From: Nitrosopumilus sp.
GTDB lineage: Archaea; Thermoproteota; Nitrososphaeria; Nitrososphaerales; Nitrosopumilaceae
Length of the DNA stretch: 64,000 nucleotides
Reading direction: 5' to 3'
NCBI GenBank assembly: GCA_965206745.1
Contig: OZ242220.1
Coordinates: 1,056,001-1,120,000, forward strand
Under the pieces are notes generated by a model. That model saw only the letters and a list, made by a program, of their open reading frames with translations. It made no database searches and was not told where the DNA came from. This document shows positions 57,866 to 64,000 of the stretch, piece by piece; the first letter of the stretch is position 1, and each line of letters starts with the position of its first letter. The position numbers and the translations under genes are program-made.

Positions 57866-58384
57866 ATGAGAGAGGGTATGGAGTCAGAGCCAAAGGATCT
57901 CATCGTATTAGGGGCCATAAAGCATGGAATCAACAAATTTGATAAAATTCAAAAAATGACAAACATTGAACCTCAGCAATTAAACCAGATTTTAGAGCAG
58001 TTGGAAAGCAGGGGGCTTATTGAAGTCAGAGAGAAGAAAGGATGGCTTGGGATCAAAGTGGAGATCGCTACAACGGAAAAGGGGGATAGCGAGGTGGACC
58101 AAAGGGTTCACGAATTGCAGACAAAGTGGGGTCAGATGTCATTATTATACAAAACAGGAGACAAGGAGGGATTAAAGCAAGAGATGGAAGACAACAAATC
58201 AATCATACCTTCAATGATGTTCTTTGGAATTATAGACATGATGATGTTTTCAATGATGTTTGGCATGATGGGAATGACAATGTCAGACTATGTGGCCCCA
58301 GAAGGCATGTCAGATACGGCAGATGCGGGGATGGAGGATGCAGATGCGGGCGGAGATGGATTTGATTTTGATATCGGATTCTAG
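57866..58384 (+). CDS. Winged-helix protein with Met-rich hydrophobic segment and acidic tail
   Basis: QLNQILEQLESRGLIE...TTEKG winged helix; MMFFGIIDMMMFSMMFGMMGMTM; tail ends DGFDFDIGF. Confidence 0.8.
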   Translation: MREGMESEPKDLIVLGAIKHGINKFDKIQKMTNIEPQQLNQILEQLESRGLIEVREKKGWLGIKVEIATTEKGDSEVDQRVHELQTKWGQMSLLYKTGDKEGLKQEMEDNKSIIPSMMFFGIIDMMMFSMMFGMMGMTMSDYVAPEGMSDTADAGMEDADAGGDGFDFDIGF

Positions 58385-58420
58385 CGTATATTTTATAGCT
58401 GAGATGAAAACAGATCACAG

Positions 58421-59428
58421 TTGATTTACAATTCATTTGACAACCCAGGATTAGTCAAAGTGTTGACATTTTTGCAAACCCACAACACAGAATATCTGTC
58501 AGGCCAGGATCTAAGCGACGTGCTTCGAATAAGCAGGGTGGCAGTATGGAAACATATCAAAAAAATTCAAGAGATTGGATACACTGTAGAATCAAAACAA
58601 AAGCTAGGATACAAGCTGATATCAAATTCAGAATTGTTATTGCCTTGGGAGATCACTTCGAATCTAAAGACAAAGTTCATCGGAAAGAAGGCATATTATT
58701 TTGGCTCAATTGGTTCCACCCAGACCCAGGCATTAAGAATGTCCGAAGACGTTGCAAATGACGGGTCAATCATAGTTGCAGCAAAACAGACTGACGGCCG
58801 CGGAAGATCTGGAAGGAAATGGATTTCACCAGAAGGAGGGATATGGGTTTCCATCATATTGCATCCAAAATTTGATATTTCCATGACAACCCTATTCCCC
58901 ATCGCATCAGCACTTGCTTTATCAATTGCAATAGAAAAAACATTCTCAATTCAACCAGAGTTAAAATGGCCCAATGATTTAACGATCAAAGGTAAAAAGG
59001 TGGCAGGAATGCTAGTGGATGCATCATTGGAGTCAAACAAAATTCAGAGTTTGGTTTTAGGGGTGGGCATAAATTTCAATATCAATGTAAAGCAGATTGA
59101 AAAGATGATCAGAGGGACACAGAATTTCTACGGAGTTGCATCACTTGATGGACAGAAGCAGGGCATCAAACCGGTTCGACTTGTTCAAGCTTTTTTGGTA
59201 GAATTGGAAAGAATCTACAAATTACTTGAAGCAAGGCAGACAAAGAAAATAATTTCAGAGTGGACTGCAAGATCATCGACGATAGACTGTGATGTGGAAT
59301 TAGATACAGTCGATGCCAAGATTAAAGGAAAAGCAATCAGGATTGACGAGGGCGGTGCTTTGATAGTTTCAGACAATGGCAAAAATCACAAAATTATTGC
59401 CGGAGACATCATTTATGCATCAAAATAG
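58421..59428 (+). CDS. birA: Bifunctional biotin protein ligase/repressor
   Basis: N-terminal HTH (SGQDLS...SRVAVWKHI), QTDGRGRSGRKW, KWPND and KVAGML motifs. Confidence 0.95.
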   Translation: MIYNSFDNPGLVKVLTFLQTHNTEYLSGQDLSDVLRISRVAVWKHIKKIQEIGYTVESKQKLGYKLISNSELLLPWEITSNLKTKFIGKKAYYFGSIGSTQTQALRMSEDVANDGSIIVAAKQTDGRGRSGRKWISPEGGIWVSIILHPKFDISMTTLFPIASALALSIAIEKTFSIQPELKWPNDLTIKGKKVAGMLVDASLESNKIQSLVLGVGINFNINVKQIEKMIRGTQNFYGVASLDGQKQGIKPVRLVQAFLVELERIYKLLEARQTKKIISEWTARSSTIDCDVELDTVDAKIKGKAIRIDEGGALIVSDNGKNHKIIAGDIIYASK

Positions 59429-59430
59429 AG

Positions 59431-59772
59431 TCACTTTCTCTTTGATTTGGGTTTAGACTTTGATCGTTTTTTTGAAGAATCTGAGATCATCGAAGATTGC
59501 TCTTTTAAGATATCTTTGAGATCCTTTTGTATGTCAAAGACAGTAGAGAGTAGTTCCTCAAGAGATTCAGAGTATTGTTCATATGCAGCTAGCAGTTCTG
59601 TCTTCTTTTGATTTATCTTTAAAAGATACTCATTTGAGCGCAGTAGATTTGCAGATTCGATCATCTCAGGCAGATCAGATACAGGCTCCCCCAGCTGTTT
59701 TAAATCCACATTGATTTCTTGGATTTTTTTACGCAAGTCATAGATGATCCTGCCAGCACCGATACTTGTCAA
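59431..59772 (-). CDS. Coiled-coil hypothetical protein with basic tail
   Basis: Heptad-like pattern; C-terminus KKRSKSKPKSKRK. Confidence 0.72.
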   Translation of the reverse strand: MTSIGAGRIIYDLRKKIQEINVDLKQLGEPVSDLPEMIESANLLRSNEYLLKINQKKTELLAAYEQYSESLEELLSTVFDIQKDLKDILKEQSSMISDSSKKRSKSKPKSKRK

Positions 59773-59859
59773 TACAGAATGTTGAAATTTTTAATAAAAT
59801 AAAGATTTTCCAAATAACGCAAATCACAGGATTCTGATGCAAATGAGCCTAAATAGGGC

Positions 59860-59904
59860 ATAATTTGGGAATAATTTGGAAATGATTTGGGAATAACCTA
59901 TAAA
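59860..59904 (+). promoter_or_regulatory. Three tandem 11-bp direct repeats followed by a TATA box
   Basis: ATAATTTGGGA / ATAATTTGGAA / ATGATTTGGGA at 59860-59892; TATAAA at 59899-59904, about 27 nt before ATG 59931. Confidence 0.6.
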
Positions 59905-59930
59905 CAAAATAAAAACATGAAGACATCTAG

Positions 59931-61346
59931 ATGAAGATACTTTATTTTTTATTGGTAATTCTACTCGGTTCGGTGATCCTCGGCCAGACAGCATTTGCAC
60001 AAACAGACGAATCTGCAAAAGCAATGTTTGGGCAGGCCGAAGTTCACTTTAAGAATGGCCAATACAAGGAGGCAATTACCATTTATGACGACATACTAGA
60101 GACGTATCCAAACAACATTTCAGTGCTAAGAATGAAAGGGGTTGCCCAAAGCAATATGGACGAATATGCAAGTTCGCTCAAACAGTTCTTCAAAGTATTG
60201 CAATACAGCCCAAACGATGTCATATCCCTAACAGGGATGGGAGTGGGTTTTGGGAATTTGGGAGAGTATCAAGAATCAATAAAATACTTTGAAAAAGCAT
60301 CAAATGAAAGTCCAGACAGTGTCGTGATAGATAATTACAAAGACTTTATCAACGGCGTGATTTCAAAATATCCTTACACACCAACTCAAAAGCCAAAGGA
60401 GACAGTGCAGATCGCATCAATTCCAGAATGGATAAAAACAGTCGCAAAATTGTGGTCAGAGAAAAATATCAGCGATTCGGAGTTTAACTCTGCTTTAGCA
60501 TACTTGATAAAAAATAAGATTCTCCAGATTCCGCCCACACACATGTTTAGTGAATCAGAGCCAAGGACTCCAGAGGAGATAAAAAACAACGCAGGGTTGT
60601 GGGCAGATAGACAGGTAGGGGACCAATCATTTGTCTCAGACATTCAACAGTTGGTTCAGAACGGGTCAATTGCAGTCAGCATTGAGCCAAAGCAAAAATC
60701 TCCAGAAGAGTTAGATCATGAGGCCTACATATTTGAGAGATATCTCAGGGACATCTCAAAAAATATTTCCAAAGAGAAGAGATACATAGAATACGCAAAT
60801 CCAAGTCAGGACGTGATAAAGAAATTCCTAAGAGACTACATAAAATGGAATTTGGAGGACGCAATAAAAACAGGAATTGATAGGTTCCCAAATCCAACAT
60901 ATCAAATCGAGAATGACGTATACCATGTCAAGTACAAAGTATTCATCAATGACCAGCCAACAGGACTCCCTTTGGATCATGTCAGCACATTAAGTGAGTC
61001 ATTTGCTTATTGGGAAGGTCGGGATCTGATAATAAACGACAAGAATGCAAAAATAAAATTCGAAGTCACTAATTTGAAACACGAGGCAAATGTCTGGGTA
61101 ACATGGGTAGTTCGCAACCTAGGAGAGGGCGTACTAGGACATGCAAATCTCGGAAAAGGAGTCGTAGAGGTGACACTGGGAGACTATAACTGCGATGGCA
61201 GTTTTCAGTTGTACGATGTAAACAGCATTAAAACAATCATGACACACGAACTGGGCCACTCAATAGGACTGGGCCATGTAAATGATAAAAACGACATCAT
61301 GTATCCGTCATTTTCCACATCATATGCATACTGCCTGCTAGGTTGA
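59931..61346 (+). CDS. Secreted TPR-containing metzincin (matrixin-like) metalloprotease
   Basis: Signal peptide (AFA), TPR helices, two thaumarchaeal IPxWIK-type surface-protein repeats, HELGHSIGLGH and Met-turn DIMYP. Confidence 0.88.
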   Translation: MKILYFLLVILLGSVILGQTAFAQTDESAKAMFGQAEVHFKNGQYKEAITIYDDILETYPNNISVLRMKGVAQSNMDEYASSLKQFFKVLQYSPNDVISLTGMGVGFGNLGEYQESIKYFEKASNESPDSVVIDNYKDFINGVISKYPYTPTQKPKETVQIASIPEWIKTVAKLWSEKNISDSEFNSALAYLIKNKILQIPPTHMFSESEPRTPEEIKNNAGLWADRQVGDQSFVSDIQQLVQNGSIAVSIEPKQKSPEELDHEAYIFERYLRDISKNISKEKRYIEYANPSQDVIKKFLRDYIKWNLEDAIKTGIDRFPNPTYQIENDVYHVKYKVFINDQPTGLPLDHVSTLSESFAYWEGRDLIINDKNAKIKFEVTNLKHEANVWVTWVVRNLGEGVLGHANLGKGVVEVTLGDYNCDGSFQLYDVNSIKTIMTHELGHSIGLGHVNDKNDIMYPSFSTSYAYCLLG

Positions 61347-61482
61347 GATCTAAGGGGCAGATTATGGTTTAAAAAACCAGAATGAGGATTAGCTTGACCT
61401 ACACACGATTAACCCGCAGAAATTTGGTAAAATGAATAATAAGGTATTTTTACAATCACATACAGTGCTCAAAAATACAATA

Positions 61483-62373
61483 ATGAAGTGTCCATCTTGC
61501 GGAGACAAGAAAATCATTACAGATCAGAATACAGGGGAACTATTTTGCAGCAAATGCGGACTGGTCGTTACAGATAAAATCACAGATACGAGTGCCGAAT
61601 GGCGTTCCTTTTCAAATGACGAAGGAAACAAGGCCAGAACAGGAGCTGGCACATCGTTGACAATGCACGACATGGGATTGTCAACAGTTATCGGCGCTGT
61701 AAACAAAGATGCCACAGGAAAACCATTGTCTGCAAGTGTCAAAAATTCAATCGAAAGGCTAAGGACCTGGGACAGTAGAAGTCAGGCAAACTCTTCAGCA
61801 GATAGAAACTTGAGACATGCACTTAATGAGATGAACAAATTAAAAGACAAGCTAGCACTGACTGATGCCGTAATCGAAAAAGCAGCTTACATTTACAGAA
61901 AAGCTATGGAGAGAAAACTAGTACGTGGTCGCTCAATTCAAGGGTTGGTAGCAGCATGCCTTTACGCATCATGCAGAAATACAGAGACACCAAGAACTTT
62001 GGATGACATTGCAAACGGGATCAACATTAGAAGAAAAGACGTTGCAAGATGCTACAGGCTAATTTTCAGAGAATTGGAATTAAAGATGCCAGTGGTGGAT
62101 CCTGTAAAAGGTATTTCAAGAATTGCAAGCATTGCAGAGCTAAGTGAGAAGAGCAAAAGAAAGGCAATAGCAATCTTAAATCAAGCCAAAGAGAAAGGCA
62201 TGGTTGCAGGAAAGGATCCGATGGGCATAGCCGCTGCCGCACTATACCTTGCATGTATTAGTACAGGAGAATCCAAATCCCAAAAAGAGATCTCTGGCGC
62301 ATCAGGAGTTACAGAAGTGACCATCAGAAACAGATGTGCAGGGTTAAGACAGATGCTAAAGGATGAGCAGTAA
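61483..62373 (+). CDS. tfb: Transcription initiation factor IIB (TFB paralogue 2)
   Basis: CPSC...CSKCG Zn ribbon, EWRSF, GKDPMGIAA and VTEVTIRNR; ATG 61483 preferred. Confidence 0.95.
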   Translation: MKCPSCGDKKIITDQNTGELFCSKCGLVVTDKITDTSAEWRSFSNDEGNKARTGAGTSLTMHDMGLSTVIGAVNKDATGKPLSASVKNSIERLRTWDSRSQANSSADRNLRHALNEMNKLKDKLALTDAVIEKAAYIYRKAMERKLVRGRSIQGLVAACLYASCRNTETPRTLDDIANGINIRRKDVARCYRLIFRELELKMPVVDPVKGISRIASIAELSEKSKRKAIAILNQAKEKGMVAGKDPMGIAAAALYLACISTGESKSQKEISGASGVTEVTIRNRCAGLRQMLKDEQ

Positions 62374-62375
62374 TA

Positions 62376-62783
62376 TCATCCAGACATCTCAAACTCCATC
62401 CTATCCCAAGGAAAGACAACGTATGCATCACCGTCAGTCTCCTTCCCGTAAATTAGTTGCGCCGGATAATTTTTTGCGCGTCTTGCAAATAAAGTGACAT
62501 AGAGTAATTTTGAAGGATCCTCGACTCGCGAGATTATCTTCTCAAAAGTCTTGCCAGAGTCAAAAATATCATCGACAAATATAGAATCAGTAGAGATGGC
62601 ATCTTCATCGACAAATATTTTCTCCACCCCCAAACGATCTGCCAATAAACGAGACGGAACCAGGCCGCCTCTGCTCAATGTTGATATGCTAGAAAATTTG
62701 TCAGGAGATTTTAAAACAATACCGGCAACAGTATCAACTAAAGAATCAATTTCAGACCAATCAACATATTGCCCTAGTGCCAC
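62376..62783 (-). CDS. Type I (purine) phosphoribosyltransferase
   Basis: SRGGLVP, FVDDIFDSGKT PRPP motif and VVFPWD. Confidence 0.9.
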   Translation of the reverse strand: MALGQYVDWSEIDSLVDTVAGIVLKSPDKFSSISTLSRGGLVPSRLLADRLGVEKIFVDEDAISTDSIFVDDIFDSGKTFEKIISRVEDPSKLLYVTLFARRAKNYPAQLIYGKETDGDAYVVFPWDRMEFEMSG

Positions 62784-62820
62784 ATCTAGGACACTTGGAA
62801 AGCGGATTAAATTCTTACGC

Positions 62821-63213
62821 TTAGAAGGTTTTCATTGGGGAATTTTTGAGTGGTTCAAGGATTTTGAGGACCTTGAAAGGCAATTTTCCAAAGTCAATGT
62901 CTTTTTCACAAGATAGCAGTAGCACATCGTCATCGTTTAAAGGGAAACTCATCACAATGACTTTGTCCCTGTAAGACATTGAAAAGTGAACCTCTCCAAA
63001 TTCGCCATCAAATTCATGCCTCATCCTAACGCGCAATGCAAGTTCCATGAACATCATTTCGTCTTGCTTTTGAGCTTCAAGGGAAAGCAGGCCTTCTTTC
63101 ATGCCGCCTGCAGTAAGATGGCCTCTGCTGTTGATGAGCCTAGCTGAGCGCATCTTGGGGTCTAGTTTGATGATATTCTGGCATATTTCTTCCAGATCAT
63201 CAGGATTATCCAT
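62821..63213 (-). CDS. Thaumarchaeal roadblock/profilin-like family protein (DUF6659-like), paralogue 2
   Basis: LDPKMRSARLINSRGHLTAGGMK...MRHEFDGEFG; start MDNPDD at 63213. Confidence 0.75.
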   Translation of the reverse strand: MDNPDDLEEICQNIIKLDPKMRSARLINSRGHLTAGGMKEGLLSLEAQKQDEMMFMELALRVRMRHEFDGEFGEVHFSMSYRDKVIVMSFPLNDDDVLLLSCEKDIDFGKLPFKVLKILEPLKNSPMKTF

Positions 63214-63267
63214 GAGTAATGATGTAACAATAGAACTATTTATTGCGATCTGTGATAATAGGTATCT

Positions 63268-63843
63268 GTGCAAGAGGATCCGTCAAAAAACATCACAGAT
63301 TACTACAAGCATCTGTCATTGTTTTGGACAGATATAATACATCTGATGTCAAGCAAGCCACAGGCACTAGCATCCACAGGACCGATGAGAGCATTTGCAG
63401 CTAATTCAAAGAAAGTGGCCACAGAGCTAATTGAAATTAATGAGGATTTGATGGGATTCAATCAGCATCTGACAGAGTATTACAAACAGTTAGCAGAGGC
63501 ATGGGGTGTCGCTCAAAAAAAAGTGAACCTAAAGGCTCCCAAAGTACCACAAGACGTAGAGCAGATTGAGGCCTTCAAAAGGATATGGATTGATATTTTT
63601 GACAATGATTTTACAGAGTTGTTTGACTCAAAGAAATTTGGAGAAAACTATGGAAAGCTTGTTTCAAAGGAGCTTGAATTGACCAAACATTGGAACAACA
63701 TTACAAACGTAATTTTGCAATCAGTCAACCTCCCAAGCAAGGAAGAGATTGACGAGGTATACAAAGAACTCCACTCATTAAAGAAAAGAGTCGGCAAATT
63801 GGAATTAGAGCTCAAGAAGACAAAGAGGTCAAAAAATGAATAG
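63268..63843 (+). CDS. phaE: Class III PHA synthase subunit PhaE
   Basis: FKRIWIDIFD...NLPSKEEIDEVYKELHSLKKRV PhaE C-terminal pattern; overlaps a phaC-like start. Confidence 0.85.
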   Translation: MQEDPSKNITDYYKHLSLFWTDIIHLMSSKPQALASTGPMRAFAANSKKVATELIEINEDLMGFNQHLTEYYKQLAEAWGVAQKKVNLKAPKVPQDVEQIEAFKRIWIDIFDNDFTELFDSKKFGENYGKLVSKELELTKHWNNITNVILQSVNLPSKEEIDEVYKELHSLKKRVGKLELELKKTKRSKNE

Positions 63844-64000
63844 TGAATCACACATAGATCCGAAAATCATCGAGGAAGTTTTGAAATTTAGCAAAAATGT
63901 CATAGATGCGCCAAAACTAGTGTCTGCCCCTGATGAAATCAATCTAGAGGTAACGCCGCATGATACAGTCCATAAATTGGACAAGACCAGACTGTTACAC
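63836..64000 (+). CDS. phaC: Class III PHA synthase subunit PhaC, 3'-truncated by the window edge
   Basis: MNSESHIDPK...LEVTPHDTVHKLDKTRLLH matches the PhaC N-terminal TP..V......LLH pattern; coupled to phaE. Confidence 0.75.
   Translation, partial: MNSESHIDPKIIEEVLKFSKNVIDAPKLVSAPDEINLEVTPHDTVHKLDKTRLLH

Overview
The window is a gene-dense, mostly housekeeping stretch from an ammonia-oxidising archaeon, most likely Nitrosopumilaceae (Nitrososphaerota/Thaumarchaeota). This is inferred from ribosomal proteins S25e and S26e, two TFB paralogues, PolB1, Nre, the methylmalonyl-CoA mutase/epimerase/MeaB genes of the 3-hydroxypropionate/4-hydroxybutyrate cycle, phaE/phaC and thaumarchaeal-type hypothetical proteins. 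It holds trpE(partial)GDCBA, pyrG, thrS, metG, cysS, speB, deoxyhypusine synthase, rpo6, a Hef-like helicase, polB, tpiA, ppdK, ilvC, ahcY, nadE and birA. I found no tRNA, rRNA, CRISPR array, integrase or transposase. Translating the intergenic gaps by hand gave six microproteins missing from the ORF track, five of them Cys/His metal-binding types. Two of these flank a GTPase-degenerate SelB-like factor. Other highlights: a perfect 9 x 24-bp repeat giving PPDK a histone-like (SKAKSRVK)9 tail, an NAD-kinase-fold/wHTH fusion with an altered GGDGT motif, a wHTH protein with a Met-rich hydrophobic segment, and phased 11-bp direct repeats abutting a TATA box. All family assignments come from motif recognition, not database searches.
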